The position numbers and the translations under genes are program-made. From a virus: a stretch of 64,000 bases of DNA. Of this stretch, positions 10,001-20,091 are shown piece after piece. Position 1 is the first letter of the stretch, and every line of letters starts with the position of its first letter. Location: positions 1 to 64,000 of the IMG/VR virus record IMGVR_UViG_3300043411_001114; one strand, written 5' to 3'. The notes under the pieces are model-generated. The model saw only the letters and a list, made by a program, of their open reading frames with translations. It was not told where the DNA came from and did not search any database.

Positions 10001-12591
10001 TGACCAGTCCGACGATTACTTCACCGACCGGAAATATCGTTACGTCCATCGACGGTGCCAGCGGCGCGATCACCGGAGTGGCTCGGCGGGTGGCGACCAC
10101 TTCTTACACCGGGGCAGTGACTAACCAGTGGGCGAAAGTTTTGACATGGACTGCCTCCACTGCTTATTACTCACAGTCGATACTTATGGGTTTCGTAGCC
10201 ACTCCAGGCGTGGCTTTAACGGCAACCGTTCTAGTTCAGTTCACCAATAACGCCGCCGGAGTAAATCCAACCGGCAACGTTTACATGACCAGTCTTGGCA
10301 GTGATCCAGGCAGGATTGACGCCAATGCGTTCAAACTTGTTGGGGGCGCTTACGGTGAGCCGATTGAATTATGGGTTAAGCAAAAATCGTACACAGCCTT
10401 GGTTGTTTTCGAGATTGCCCGTTACAACAATGGCGGCACGCTAACTTACCTGACGAACGACCCGCTTCAAGGAACTGAGCCTGTCGGTTCAGTAATCAAT
10501 GTGTCAACTAACGGTGTTGTGGCCGGTGATGTGCCAGTCGTCACCACCACGGGCACGCAGACGTTGACGAATAAGACGTTGACTTCGCCGCGTGTAAATC
10601 AGATTCTGGACACCAACGGTGCTATCGCACTGGATTTTTCAGGAACGCCCAGCGCGGCAAACTATCTTTGGGCAGCAAATGCGGTTGCCGCTGACTTTCC
10701 CAAACTCCGCGCCCTTGGGTCGGCCACAGACGTGTCTCTTGGATTCAGGCCCAAGGGCGCTGGAACATTCAGGTTCCAGGCACCTGCCGGTGAAGAAGCA
10801 CTTCAGATCGTACCTATTGCGTCTGCGGTGAACTATTTCCGATTTGATAGTTCTGCTACAGGTAGTCCTTTGCCGATATGGGCCGGGGGCACCGACACGA
10901 ACATTGGTATCAATCTGCGCCCCAAAGGTTCTGGAACCGTTCAGCAGAACGGTGTCCCGGTTGTCACCACCACCGGGGCGCAAGCGGTTCAGAACAAGAC
11001 GCTGGATTCCACCAACACGTCCACCAAGTTCATCTCCCGCTCTGTCGCTACGGTTACCGCCCCTACCGCGCTGGGGTCTACGGCGGCAACGGATTACGTC
11101 ACGTTCGCGGACATGCGCCGCACTGTGGCTTTGCTGCATTGTGAGGGGTCTGACGGGTCTACCACCGTGGTTGATTCCAGCAACCTGGGGGCGGGTTGGA
11201 CGTGTGCGGGTAACGCGCAGTTGGATACGGCGCAGTACAAGTTCGGTTCGTCTTCGTTGTTGTTCGATGGGACCGGGGATTACATCACCCCGACTGCTGC
11301 TGCGGAGAACTTCGCGTTCGCTGGGGATTTCACCGTTGAGATGTGGATTCGGCCAACGACTAGCTTCGGTACTTCCAGAATCGTCTACGACAACCGACCG
11401 CCAGGGGCGAGCGGGGCGTACACAACTATTTACATTCTGCCCACAGGAGTGATTAATTACTACACAAATGGAGTGAACAGGATCACTGGCCCGACCTTAT
11501 CACTGGACACTTGGTATCACGTTGCGGTGTCAAGAGCTTCGGGCACCACCCGCATGTTCATTGATGGTACGCAGACGGGCAGTTCCTACACCGACGCTAA
11601 CTCGTATCTAGCAAGATTGCCGAAAATCGGTTCGCAGGATTATGCGCCAGGAGCCGATTTTCTCGGCCACATGGACGAAATCAGCATCGTCAACGGATTG
11701 GCAAGGTACACAAGCAATTTCACGCCACCTACTGCGCCACTCAATAATGTGACTGAAGATGTTTCTACCGCTGCCGGAACGGTGGCGCTGCTCCATTGCG
11801 ACGGCGCTAACGCTTCCACGACGGTCACCGATTCTGGTGTGTTGCTGTCGAATTGGACGGCGGCGGGTAACGCGCAGATTTCCACGGCGCAGTCCAAGTT
11901 TGGCGGGTCGAGCCTGGTGTTCGACGGCACCGGTGATTACATCACCCCGACAGCGGATTCCTCTAATTTCGCTTTCGGCACAGGCGATTTCACTATTGAG
12001 ATGTTCGTGCGTCCTAATGACGTGACCAACCCACGGTACATTTTCGATGGCAGGCCATCGGGGGGTAACGGCGCGTACCCGGCAATCTACGTCAACGCAG
12101 GAAACCTTTACTTCTATGTGCAGTCTGCGAATCGTATTACTGCCACCGCCCCCCCGATCAACACTTGGTCACACATAGCAGTGTGCCGAGCGTCGGGTAC
12201 CACGCGGATGTTCGTGGGCGGCGTTGAGGTCGGGTCTTCTTACTCCGACGCGAATTCGTACCTACCTTCCACAGGTCGGCCATTTGTCGGTGCGAATCGT
12301 GACGCTGGTTCAGCGTACGACGGCTACATGGACGAAATCCGCATCTCGCGTGTCGCCAGATACGTCAGCAATTTCACCCCGCCCACAGTCCCCCACCCTG
12401 ACCCGCCAGCGATCAAAATCCCCACCGCAGTCGCCAACACCAACCGCTACACGGTGAAATGCACCGGGCCGCAGCCGGTACTGCTGTCCAACGGGCAGGG
12501 GCAGACCATCAACGGCGGCGGCACCGTGGTCATCGAGCAGGACGAGTCGCTGGATTCCGTGTCCACCGGAGCCGTATGGAGGTTGGTGTGA
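7063..12591 (+). CDS. Long tail fibre/minor tail protein with two LamG/ConA-like domains
   Basis: 1842 aa with repeated [12 protein letters not shown] and PKG.G.V units, and two C-terminal domains (ALLHCxG...FTxEMxxRP...WxHxAVxRxSG...GxMDEI). Confidence 0.85.
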   Translation: MSSKWVDANGNQWRFSAATNTWQALVNGRWVARPLPAGGLKRGDLDRYKPGTAIVETMGPPGASGAPGPMMSVQPLNTKSTPDDDDQFILADSDDFWNLRKISSTDLKSAMLNHVYTTEVSLSNKTLINPRVSDTIRDGAGGSVLKIEGASGSVNHLAVRSSATGNAVGLAATGSDAAINIAIDPKGAGQVLLGGVPAVTTTGTQTLTNKTISLTNNTLVGTIGQFNTALTGADFATIAGTETLTGKTLTSPTITGASITGSSVTGASALSMGNTTLTGTTTPLFLSLGGTYGTSTAGSAANLKLKVHEDTSAAFGLGISTSNLEYQVPLSNYAHRFYAGGTEVAAITSTGITASGVAVPTVSSTSTLTNKTLSGANNTFSAVPQSAVTNLTSDLAARELAANKGQPSGYASLDSGGKVPVTQLPHSIMQYQGTWNVSTNTPALADGSGDTGDVYRVTVGGSRNLGSGSITFDVGDYAIYNGTVWEKSDTTDAVASVNGYTGNVSLNKSDVGLGNVDNTSDATRNAASATLTNKTISLGSNTVTGTVAQFNTALSDGDFATLAGTETLTNKTITEPKISTVRHPTDNQAWLSSVSGSLVYISPNGNSALQVGSVASAVNYVRITGAATGVNPAVTSSGTDTNVSLELNTRGSGTVKANGVDVATISGAQTLTNKTISGASNTITNLPASATPDAARLVCKTATGGSGVENGANTWAKLVTLTPAVNGSCALLLGITTGTSFQPQTAILQVWAYATQPSPALPLVAVQLIGMPNSGYAFYADGFKLVNNGYGQPVELWIKKSDQYTDFSVTEISRSVSGTVTYNNNAAWQSAEPTGSAINTRSTGVTISGVPVVTTTATQTLTNKTLTSPTVNNIFNNSVRAINFSSAAGAVDYFDVNNATGTVGLRALGTSTNIGITLEPKGNGKTSIYAATGQTPAIAATGADANHSLNLVPKGSGTVQANGVPVVTTTGAQDLTNKTLTSPTITSPTGNIVTSIDGASGAITGVARRVATTSYTGAVTNQWAKVLTWTASTAYYSQSILMGFVATPGVALTATVLVQFTNNAAGVNPTGNVYMTSLGSDPGRIDANAFKLVGGAYGEPIELWVKQKSYTALVVFEIARYNNGGTLTYLTNDPLQGTEPVGSVINVSTNGVVAGDVPVVTTTGTQTLTNKTLTSPRVNQILDTNGAIALDFSGTPSAANYLWAANAVAADFPKLRALGSATDVSLGFRPKGAGTFRFQAPAGEEALQIVPIASAVNYFRFDSSATGSPLPIWAGGTDTNIGINLRPKGSGTVQQNGVPVVTTTGAQAVQNKTLDSTNTSTKFISRSVATVTAPTALGSTAATDYVTFADMRRTVALLHCEGSDGSTTVVDSSNLGAGWTCAGNAQLDTAQYKFGSSSLLFDGTGDYITPTAAAENFAFAGDFTVEMWIRPTTSFGTSRIVYDNRPPGASGAYTTIYILPTGVINYYTNGVNRITGPTLSLDTWYHVAVSRASGTTRMFIDGTQTGSSYTDANSYLARLPKIGSQDYAPGADFLGHMDEISIVNGLARYTSNFTPPTAPLNNVTEDVSTAAGTVALLHCDGANASTTVTDSGVLLSNWTAAGNAQISTAQSKFGGSSLVFDGTGDYITPTADSSNFAFGTGDFTIEMFVRPNDVTNPRYIFDGRPSGGNGAYPAIYVNAGNLYFYVQSANRITATAPPINTWSHIAVCRASGTTRMFVGGVEVGSSYSDANSYLPSTGRPFVGANRDAGSAYDGYMDEIRISRVARYVSNFTPPTVPHPDPPAIKIPTAVANTNRYTVKCTGPQPVLLSNGQGQTINGGGTVVIEQDESLDSVSTGAVWRLV

Positions 12592-15188
12592 GCTACCGCA
12601 AACCCGTTGAGGCGCGTACTACCGCAGCGGAGTCCAAGACCTCCCCGGTCAACACCGATGTGGTGCCGCTCGTTGACGCTACGGGCAAGCTGAAGAAGCT
12701 GACGTGGCTGAACCTCAAGACCGCTATCTACCCTGATCGGATTTTCTTCGTAGATGACTACGGCGCTGACCCGACAGGTGCAGCGCCTTCCGGGGCTGCC
12801 TTGGAGGCGGCTCGTGCAGCTATGGGCACAGAACCGGGAATTATCGCCTTCGGTGTCGGCACCTATCTGATTGAGGAAGCTGGACTCAACGCGGAGAACA
12901 ACACATCTCTGGGTCTACGCCAGGGTGTGCGAGGCCAGGGTTCGGGAGCAACGAGGATCATCTACAACGGCGAGAACGCCTGCTTCGAATTCCGCAACCT
13001 GGACTGGGAGTTCAACACCGCATCAGAGCCTTCTGGCGGTATCCACGGCATGTGGATCTACGGCTGGGAGAACACCAACACCGACACCTACGGCATCCGG
13101 TATGGCGATATCGGGCGTATGCGTGTCAGTGATGTGCATATCGCAGGGTTCAATCAGGACGGCTGCGTAGGACTGTTCGGAGATAATCGGGTCGCCTGGG
13201 CTGAGCGCGGCGATATCGAATGTTCGGTAGAGCAATGCACCACCGCGTTCCTGTTCCAGGGGTGCATGCCTAACTCCTTACAGAGCTACGGCTCATCGTT
13301 TGACTACTCCAAGTACCGGCTGACGTTTGTTGTCATGCCAAACCAGGACGCATTCGTCTTGCGCTCACTTCCCGGCGGCATAAACACCCACATGAACGGT
13401 GTTGATCTAGCGCTAACCGGCAACTGCAACAACGCACCGCCGGGAGGGACTAACACCGGCACCCTGTTTAAGGTTGGACGGGACAACGAGGATGGAGCCG
13501 CTCTCTCTGGAGAGCTGCATGTGAACGTGGAAACCTCCGGGTACGTCGATGGGGTAACCCACTTCGACTTCTCTATGGGAGATGGCCCGTTCTGGGAAGT
13601 TCAATCCAGGGTATCGGCGTTTGGGTCAATCAACCTGATTCCGTTCTCTGGCACCAACTTCCGCGCTGGGACAGCCACACCCCGGACGTTCGCCTTCGCA
13701 GGGTTGCTGAAGAAGTCTCCAGCGTTCGGCTCGACCACCAACAGTCAGGCGTTTCAACCGCTGCAACTGCTTTCGCAGGCCAGAGGCGAGTATTGGATCG
13801 CCCCGACTAACGCCGTCCAGATGGTGTATCTGGTCGAGGCAACCGTCGGCACGTTCCGTTTGAATTATGACGGCGACTTGACTGATCCCATTCCGTATGA
13901 CGCTTCTGTAGCTGCCGTACAGACAGCTTTGGATGAGATACCGGGGTTGGCAGGCAACGTCACGGTGGTTAGTGCTCAATCGAGATTCGTAAACGGCTAC
14001 TACAACGATGAGACCGCTTACGGAATCACGTTTGGCGAGGCGCTGGCCGAGACAGATGTTCCTACGTTCACGGTTGACGATTCGGCTCTTACCGGCTCTG
14101 CCGAGGTAGTGGTTCGTAAACCCGGTAGCACCAACAAGACTCTCACTGCCCGGATCGAATCCGGCAATATCATCAAGATAGAGGAAACTCCGGGCGTTTA
14201 CCGGCTGGGTCTTGATATCGGTAACTTGACCGATCAGGTTGGTGTGGATAGGGATTCGCCGTTCGGCTTGACCGCCGTGGATATCTGGATCAAACAGCCG
14301 ACTACCGGCGGCAATGTTGTGTTGGAGGGTCCGTGGTTCCGGCCTAACGCACAGGCTGGTAGCACCTACACATTCCAGTGGTTCGACGGTATTGAGCCGG
14401 TGCTTTCCACAGAGCCAGATAAGTTCGACGTTATCCGTTTGTCTACCTACAACTTCAACGTGTGGGTCGGACAGCACATCACTAAGCCGATAGAGTCTGG
14501 CCCTCCGGGCGCTACCGGAGCTGTTGGCGCTACAGGTGCTACCGGAGCGTCAGGTATCCCCGGCGTTTCCGGCCCGGTTGGGGCCACCGGAGCTTCCGGC
14601 GCTAGCGGTGTGCCTGGCGCTAGCGGTGCTGGCGAGGATTTCATCAGGGCCATCGTCGGGGTTGGATCAACACAACTGACCACCGGCATTTTGACCATGC
14701 CGCGCCCGCAGGCCAATCGGGGAGCCTACAACTACGACGGTGTCGCTGACTCGACGCTGATGTTGACCTACGTCTACCCGTCCGAGGACATCGACATCGA
14801 CAACCTGATGTGTTTCACCCGTGAAGTTGGCACCGGGTCGCCGACGTTGGCGCAGATGGCGGTGTATTCCGTTGACCTGTTGGGTGATTTGACGTTGATG
14901 GCCTCGACCACCTCCGATACCGCTATCTTGACCACCGCCTGGTCGGGTCACTACAAGACGTTGAACACCACCGCCAGTCTGGTGGCCGGGTCGGTCTACG
15001 CTTTCGCGTTCCTCGGGGTGGGCACCACCACGATGCCCGGCTTCTACGGCATCAGCGGGCCATCAGGTGAGTTCGCACTCGACCCGCCGGTGTGCGGGAA
15101 GGTGGACTCCACCACCACGTTGCCGTCCACCGTCGACTTCGGCGACATCGACCCTATCGGTGTCGCGCTTTATATGCGTGGGTACTGA
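12588..15188 (+). CDS. Tailspike/receptor-binding protein (pectate-lyase-like beta-helix, collagen-like linker)
   Basis: GTGA overlap with the upstream stop; VDDYGADPTG beta-helix start motif; G-x-x repeats (GATGAVGATG). Confidence 0.7.
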   Translation: MSYRKPVEARTTAAESKTSPVNTDVVPLVDATGKLKKLTWLNLKTAIYPDRIFFVDDYGADPTGAAPSGAALEAARAAMGTEPGIIAFGVGTYLIEEAGLNAENNTSLGLRQGVRGQGSGATRIIYNGENACFEFRNLDWEFNTASEPSGGIHGMWIYGWENTNTDTYGIRYGDIGRMRVSDVHIAGFNQDGCVGLFGDNRVAWAERGDIECSVEQCTTAFLFQGCMPNSLQSYGSSFDYSKYRLTFVVMPNQDAFVLRSLPGGINTHMNGVDLALTGNCNNAPPGGTNTGTLFKVGRDNEDGAALSGELHVNVETSGYVDGVTHFDFSMGDGPFWEVQSRVSAFGSINLIPFSGTNFRAGTATPRTFAFAGLLKKSPAFGSTTNSQAFQPLQLLSQARGEYWIAPTNAVQMVYLVEATVGTFRLNYDGDLTDPIPYDASVAAVQTALDEIPGLAGNVTVVSAQSRFVNGYYNDETAYGITFGEALAETDVPTFTVDDSALTGSAEVVVRKPGSTNKTLTARIESGNIIKIEETPGVYRLGLDIGNLTDQVGVDRDSPFGLTAVDIWIKQPTTGGNVVLEGPWFRPNAQAGSTYTFQWFDGIEPVLSTEPDKFDVIRLSTYNFNVWVGQHITKPIESGPPGATGAVGATGATGASGIPGVSGPVGATGASGASGVPGASGAGEDFIRAIVGVGSTQLTTGILTMPRPQANRGAYNYDGVADSTLMLTYVYPSEDIDIDNLMCFTREVGTGSPTLAQMAVYSVDLLGDLTLMASTTSDTAILTTAWSGHYKTLNTTASLVAGSVYAFAFLGVGTTTMPGFYGISGPSGEFALDPPVCGKVDSTTTLPSTVDFGDIDPIGVALYMRGY

Positions 15189-15406
15189 CCCCCCCCAAGT
15201 TCGCCGAGCTACAGGCAAAGGTCTCTGCCGTCCTGCAAATGCTGATCACTAAATACCCAGATGCGGCTTTCGGCCCATTCAACGGGAAGAACGGCCGGGC
15301 CGGTGCGGTGTACTTCCGGGCCTACCAGTAGTGTGATTCAGTGGCTCTCAAGCTTTTAATGATTGAAGGACAAACCCACAAACTCCTGAAGGGAAATCTT
15401 TAACTC

Positions 15407-15547
15407 ATGGACGGTCTCGTCTATCTGCTCAACCAGTCCGGCCTCGCCCTGAGCCAGGCCAACGATCGCATCGCCGAACTAACCCGCCTCCTGGAGGCTC
15501 GCACCCCGCAGGAAGGACCTACCGGTGACGACTCCGAGACGGTTTGA
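15407..15547 (+). CDS. 46-aa coiled-coil hypothetical protein (not in track)
   Basis: MDGLVYLLNQSGLALSQANDRIAELTRLLEAR...; upstream GAAGGGA; high-GC3 codons. Confidence 0.55.
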   Translation: MDGLVYLLNQSGLALSQANDRIAELTRLLEARTPQEGPTGDDSETV

Positions 15548-15827
15548 CGAGGTCTACGCCGAACTGCAGGCCAAGATGGCGGCCGCGATGGCTGTCATCG
15601 CCACCGATCCGGTGATGGCCGCCGCAGTTCGTGAGGCCATCGACGGCGCGCAGACTGCCGCCGAGATCGCCGAGGGCGAGGCTCAGGACGAGGCCCGGGC
15701 CAACGTCCTGAACAACATGATCCTGGGTGTCCGGGAGATGCTGGTCTCTGCGGTCGGTGCTTCTGGCGGTGAGGGTGCCTCCGGCGCTTCTGGCGAAGAG
15801 GGTTCTTCGGGAGCTTCGGGCGAGTAG
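15525..15827 (+). CDS. Hypothetical protein
   Basis: 100 aa, GGAAGGA SD, GASG-repeat tail. Confidence 0.7.
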   Translation: MTTPRRFDEVYAELQAKMAAAMAVIATDPVMAAAVREAIDGAQTAAEIAEGEAQDEARANVLNNMILGVREMLVSAVGASGGEGASGASGEEGSSGASGE

Positions 15828-15835
15828 TTCGCCCT

Positions 15836-15908
15836 TGGCGCGTAGCTCAATTGGCAGAGCGCTGGACTGTTAATCCGGTGGTTGGAGGTTCGATTCCTCC
15901 CGCGCCAG
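15836..15908 (+). tRNA. tRNA-Asn (GTT)
   Basis: Acceptor TGGCGCG/CGCGCCA, D-arm GCTC/GAGC, anticodon arm CTGGA-CTGTTAA-TCCGG, T-arm GGAGG-TTCGATT-CCTCC; no encoded CCA. Confidence 0.95.
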
Positions 15909-15912
15909 CACC

Positions 15913-15960
15913 CCCTCCCCAGGCCTCTCGACGATGCACAAATGGGGAGGGCTTTTCTTC
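15913..15960 (+). terminator. Probable intrinsic terminator after the tRNA
   Basis: CCCTCCCCA...TGGGGAGGG followed by CTTTTCTT. Confidence 0.55.
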
Positions 15961-15988
15961 TGAACTACAGTCATGCTACAATTAAGGC

Positions 15989-16282
15989 ATGACGAACACC
16001 ACCGCCACCCAGTCCCTCCACATCGGCCACGTCTACCCGGTCGCCCGAACCTTCGGCTTCGGCGAACCGGCTTACGAGAACGTCACCAAGTCCGACACCG
16101 GCGTCGAGTTCGGGGCCACCAGCTTCGTCAAAGATGATCTGCGGGTCACCTTCCTGGCCACCGACGGCATCGTTGACCAGGTGTCGATCGTGCGCGGCGA
16201 GAACTTCATTATCTCCGCCGCCGTGGATGCGCCGCAGGTCGGGCTTCAGGCCCTGGCCGGGGTGGACGTGTTCGCCCGCTAA
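15989..16282 (+). CDS. Small hypothetical protein, leaderless, early-type promoter
   Basis: TGcTACAAT at 15974-15982, 6 nt before the ATG. Confidence 0.75.
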   Translation: MTNTTATQSLHIGHVYPVARTFGFGEPAYENVTKSDTGVEFGATSFVKDDLRVTFLATDGIVDQVSIVRGENFIISAAVDAPQVGLQALAGVDVFAR

Positions 16283-16283
16283 T

Positions 16284-16352
16284 CCTGTGTCCCACCCGAC
16301 GGGCCTTCTCAATAACTGAGGAGGCCCGTTTTTCTATGTCCCGTCGCATCAT
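16284..16352 (+). repeat. 69-bp direct repeat, copy 1 (promoter motif, hairpin, SD and start of leader)
   Basis: Identical to 18590-18658. Confidence 0.95.
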
Positions 16353-18234
16353 CACCGCCCGCGAGCAGGTTGCCATGCTCTCACCCTGGAGTCGCGAGGC
16401 CTTCATCAAGGTAGCGCGATACCCACAGGAGTGGCGCGCCGATGCCCCCTACGGGCGTTTCTCCAACTCGGGTCGCGCCCGCAACCGGCCGCCATCGGTT
16501 CGGGTTGATCCCGACGATCGCAGTGCGGGGATTATCGACCCGAGCGATATTCGCTATGAACTCCTGGGCGACTCGGTATCGGCCTACCACCCTAACGGCG
16601 CTCATCTCGGCAACTATTCGTGGGAAGAGGACTACCACAGCGGCGGTGCCCACATCGGCATCGCTCAGGTGCATCCCAAGTATCAGGGTCAGGGTGTCGC
16701 CGGTGGCATCATCGACCATATTCGAGAAAACTATCAACCCGAACTCGTTCACTCCGGACACCGAGGTGTCGGTTCGCTGAGCTATCAGGGCCGCGCCGGT
16801 GCCTTGCGCGACCTGGGCAACACCGAAGAAGAGCATAACGACTACTTCAACACCATCCCGTTCAACCACGGGAGCACCGAGCCTGCTGGTTTCGGGAATT
16901 TCGGCCCACCAACCGAGGAGCAACGGAAGGCTCATCTCGAATTGATGCAGCAATTCGAGGAAGACAGGCAGCACCCGAACTGGACGGGACGAACCAGCGA
17001 CAACCCTAACGACCCTGACCTGTACGACTACGATGGCGACCGTCACGAGTACGGGTACGACCATGCTGGCGACTACGTCGGACTGTCTTCCGGCGGCAAG
17101 GATTATGAGGGGTACAGCGAAGAGGGATACGACCATCGGGGCTATGACCGGGAGGGTTTTGACATCCATGGTTTCGATGACGAGAACTACGACCAGGAAG
17201 GCTTCCACGAATCGACGGGCCTGAACCGGGACGGGGAAACTCGGCACGGATACACCCCCGGCGACGGTACTCCTCCAGAAGGAACCGTCCCGATGAGTCA
17301 GATGGCATCCCACTGGGCGCAGAACGGGTTGCTGCCCCAAAACCCCGAGCACGAGCAAATGATGGACGATGCCGCCAATTTGGGCGTCGGCCAGACGATG
17401 TATGCCGTGCGGCGGTCACACGAACGCAGCAATCACACCGGGGAACATCACGTCGGCAATGGGGACACCCTCTACTCCTCGCTGGAGCGGGCGCGTCAGG
17501 TGGCCTACCACCCCAACGATCCCAGCAAGGACATGGACATCGTCAGCGCCGACTGGCTCGATCCCGATTATCTGCACACCGACGCATCGGGCGCGACCCC
17601 CGAAGACTTCCACTACGCCCCCGTATCAGGGGAGTGGGATGCCGAAAACACCGCCTCCACCCCGGCGAACATCGTCCACGACCCGCAGCGCCACCAGCGC
17701 ATCCTGGGCGACCTGGGACACGGATGGAATAAGGGCAATTTGCCCTATGGCAGCCATCCTAGTTTCGAATACACCGACCCGAATGGCGGTCGCAGTGGCC
17801 GCATGTGGCAGGAAACCGGCGGTATGTGGCGCACCGAACACGAGCCGCAGTTCGGCACCACAAAACGGGGATTCCATCACGACTACCGCACCGCTGCCGA
17901 CACCATCCTGGAAGGGACCCAACCCGGACCCCCTATGGAACACCACGCCCTGGAGGTCAACAATGACTACCGAGCCTCTGGCGGCGGCGAGGTCGACTGG
18001 GAGCCGCACCCCAGCGGTCAGGGTCTCACGGCGCGAACACCTCACGGCGACCTTAATCTAGTTCAGGACCAAAATACGGGCCGATGGAACTGGCACGCCG
18101 GTCCGCACGGACATCAGCCCGGAGACGACGGTGGTGTTCAAGGCAGGTTTCCCCACAGCCTCAATCACGCCGCCGAAGAAGGTATACGAAGAATCACCGC
18201 AAGACCTTTTCATGGGGGGCAGCTTCATGGATAA
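16336..18234 (+). CDS. Leader-tagged multidomain protein with GNAT acetyltransferase domain and GYD repeats
   Basis: MSRRIITAREQVAMLSPW leader; GNAT motif A VHPKYQGQGVAGGII; GYDxx/GFDxx repeats. Confidence 0.7.
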   Translation: MSRRIITAREQVAMLSPWSREAFIKVARYPQEWRADAPYGRFSNSGRARNRPPSVRVDPDDRSAGIIDPSDIRYELLGDSVSAYHPNGAHLGNYSWEEDYHSGGAHIGIAQVHPKYQGQGVAGGIIDHIRENYQPELVHSGHRGVGSLSYQGRAGALRDLGNTEEEHNDYFNTIPFNHGSTEPAGFGNFGPPTEEQRKAHLELMQQFEEDRQHPNWTGRTSDNPNDPDLYDYDGDRHEYGYDHAGDYVGLSSGGKDYEGYSEEGYDHRGYDREGFDIHGFDDENYDQEGFHESTGLNRDGETRHGYTPGDGTPPEGTVPMSQMASHWAQNGLLPQNPEHEQMMDDAANLGVGQTMYAVRRSHERSNHTGEHHVGNGDTLYSSLERARQVAYHPNDPSKDMDIVSADWLDPDYLHTDASGATPEDFHYAPVSGEWDAENTASTPANIVHDPQRHQRILGDLGHGWNKGNLPYGSHPSFEYTDPNGGRSGRMWQETGGMWRTEHEPQFGTTKRGFHHDYRTAADTILEGTQPGPPMEHHALEVNNDYRASGGGEVDWEPHPSGQGLTARTPHGDLNLVQDQNTGRWNWHAGPHGHQPGDDGGVQGRFPHSLNHAAEEGIRRITARPFHGGQLHG

Positions 18235-18322
18235 CATCGGCAAATAACCTACCAGCCGCTGGTGTTGTGGTACAATTAAAGTTAAATAACAAACCACCGC
18301 CACCCACAAGGAGACTGCACTC

Positions 18323-18571
18323 ATGAGTGAACTCAAGATCGTTGGCCCATCCTCTCCTAGAGGAGATTCCGAAACAAAGATACTCAAGCTGGTTCAGGGC
18401 GATCAGGTTCTCGGGCAACTCGTCTACTACGATTCTACTCGAACTGTGGTTGAGGTGAGACCCTGGGAGGGTCCGATCTACGAGCGGCTCGTCCGGGAAG
18501 CCAAGGCTCGCGGTCTGCTGCACGGCAAAGACATTCCCGACCACCTTCAGCACGACCGGGAACACCTGTGA
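18323..18571 (+). CDS. Small hypothetical protein, early-type promoter
   Basis: TGgTACAAT at 18268-18276, CA-rich leader, AAGGAG SD. Confidence 0.75.
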   Translation: MSELKIVGPSSPRGDSETKILKLVQGDQVLGQLVYYDSTRTVVEVRPWEGPIYERLVREAKARGLLHGKDIPDHLQHDREHL

Positions 18572-18589
18572 CTGTCTTTCCCTGATTCA

Positions 18590-18658
18590 CCTGTGTCCCA
18601 CCCGACGGGCCTTCTCAATAACTGAGGAGGCCCGTTTTTCTATGTCCCGTCGCATCAT
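18590..18658 (+). repeat. 69-bp direct repeat, copy 2
   Basis: Identical to 16284-16352. Confidence 0.95.
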
Positions 18659-19226
18659 TACCGCCAGGGAACAACTGGCAATGCTCTCCCCGTGGCGGCG
18701 GCTGGCCGAGCGGGTCACCGACTTTCGGTGGGAGCGCAGTTTCAGTGGCGGCGGCGGTTGGGACCTGATCGTCCGCAACCCTGACGGGAATCCGGTTCGG
18801 GTGGTCACCGAACGGGCCACCGGGCAGCGCACCAGCGCGGTGACCCTACCCTACATCCGCAACAACACCGGGGTCAGGCAATACTCCCGGGGCGACGACT
18901 TCGGCCAGCAGCACGAGCCGTGGGGTCGCTACATGTCGCCCGGGCCAGACCAGGAGTCAGACCTCCACCACTACCCCGTGCAGTCGGGATGGGAGCGGGG
19001 TACGGTCGACTTCTCCAACCCGCTCTACATTCCCCACGAATACGGCGACTGGAAGCAGAACCTGGCCGAACAGTACGGGGCGACCGGACGCCAGTTGTCG
19101 GAAAAGCTCCTGGCCGACGGCTACGACGGGGTGATCAGCCACGACAAGTACGGCATCGGCGAGATTGTCGACGTCCGGCCTAAAGGACAGCGGGGCCATC
19201 GCCCCTCGATAGGGGGCGGGTTATGA
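18642..19226 (+). CDS. Leader-tagged ADP-ribosyltransferase-like protein
   Basis: Leader MSRRIITAREQLAMLSPW; YIRN...GRYMS...FSNPL...L...GYDGVI...GEIV pattern. Confidence 0.55.
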   Translation: MSRRIITAREQLAMLSPWRRLAERVTDFRWERSFSGGGGWDLIVRNPDGNPVRVVTERATGQRTSAVTLPYIRNNTGVRQYSRGDDFGQQHEPWGRYMSPGPDQESDLHHYPVQSGWERGTVDFSNPLYIPHEYGDWKQNLAEQYGATGRQLSEKLLADGYDGVISHDKYGIGEIVDVRPKGQRGHRPSIGGGL

Positions 19227-19393
19227 CATTCGAGGCCGTGGCCACGGTAGTGGTCTGTACGGTATGGCTCCTGGTGTTCGCCTGGCTCCTGGCCGGACTG
19301 CGGGACCAGGAGATGCCAAAACCCCAAGATCACCCCTCAAATGGTGAGGGGATTCCCGTCCTCCGATTCATCTTCACCTTAGGAGCCACCATC

Positions 19394-19771
19394 ATGTCTG
19401 CCCTCGAATCCGCCCTGGCCCGACTGAACACCTTCGTCCGCGACGTGGTGACCCAGCTGGGGGTCGCCCGAGACACCAACGCCACCCAGACCGAGAAGCT
19501 GGCCGAACTGCAAGCCAAGCTGGCCGAGGCCCTCTCCGACGACGACGCCGACAAGGCCGCCATTGTGGCGCTGCAGAACGAGGTGTCCAGCCTTCAGGAT
19601 GCGGTGGCGGCCCAGATCAACGCCGCCATCGACTCGCTGGAGAACGTCCCGGCAGCCGAGGACGTCGTCGCCGACTCTCCGGTCGAGGAGGCCCCGGTCG
19701 AGGACGAGGTGTCCGACGAACTGGTGGTCGTCGAGGACGAGGCTCCGATCGAGGACAAGCCCGCCGAATAA
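19394..19771 (+). CDS. Acidic coiled-coil hypothetical protein (possible in-frame upstream start at 19223 adds a TM helix)
   Basis: AGGAG SD before ATG 19394; heptad pattern. Confidence 0.7.
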   Translation: MSALESALARLNTFVRDVVTQLGVARDTNATQTEKLAELQAKLAEALSDDDADKAAIVALQNEVSSLQDAVAAQINAAIDSLENVPAAEDVVADSPVEEAPVEDEVSDELVVVEDEAPIEDKPAE

Positions 19772-19852
19772 TCTCTCACAGCCTTCCCAGTGGGTGGGAA
19801 GAGGGGGATTGATTAGATGTGAGCCACCCGTCGCTCCATCAGTTCTCCCCCA

Positions 19853-19900
19853 CAGGAAGCGGGCCTCTCCCCTCCCCGGACAGGCCCGCTTCCTTCTGTT
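19853..19900 (+). terminator. Probable intrinsic terminator
   Basis: AGGAAGCGGGCCT...AGGCCCGCTTCCT followed by TCTGTT. Confidence 0.6.
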
Positions 19901-20091
19901 CTGTTAATGACCAAACCGAAACCGGTGACTTCGTGCTGTAGCTTTTCGGGCCGGACAGGAGTAGTTCTGAACAGGAGAAGCCTTGAGGGAAGCACCCCAG
20001 AGTTGGGGTGATTTGCATGTATTACTCAATTCTTCGACAATAAAGTTATAGAGGGAAGAAAAAACTCTTTCTTCCCCACATGAAGTGGAGA

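Noticed and set aside
12459-12587. Upstream extensions of track ORFs (12459, 25613, 26350, 44953, 45971, 62721, 58377)
   Set aside because: They overlap upstream genes; downstream starts have SDs or stop/start coupling
15331-15366. Additional late-motif candidates at 15358 and 19339
   Set aside because: The AAnnnnTR box is present but the CCTG box is missing at the 22-nt spacing, so they were not counted
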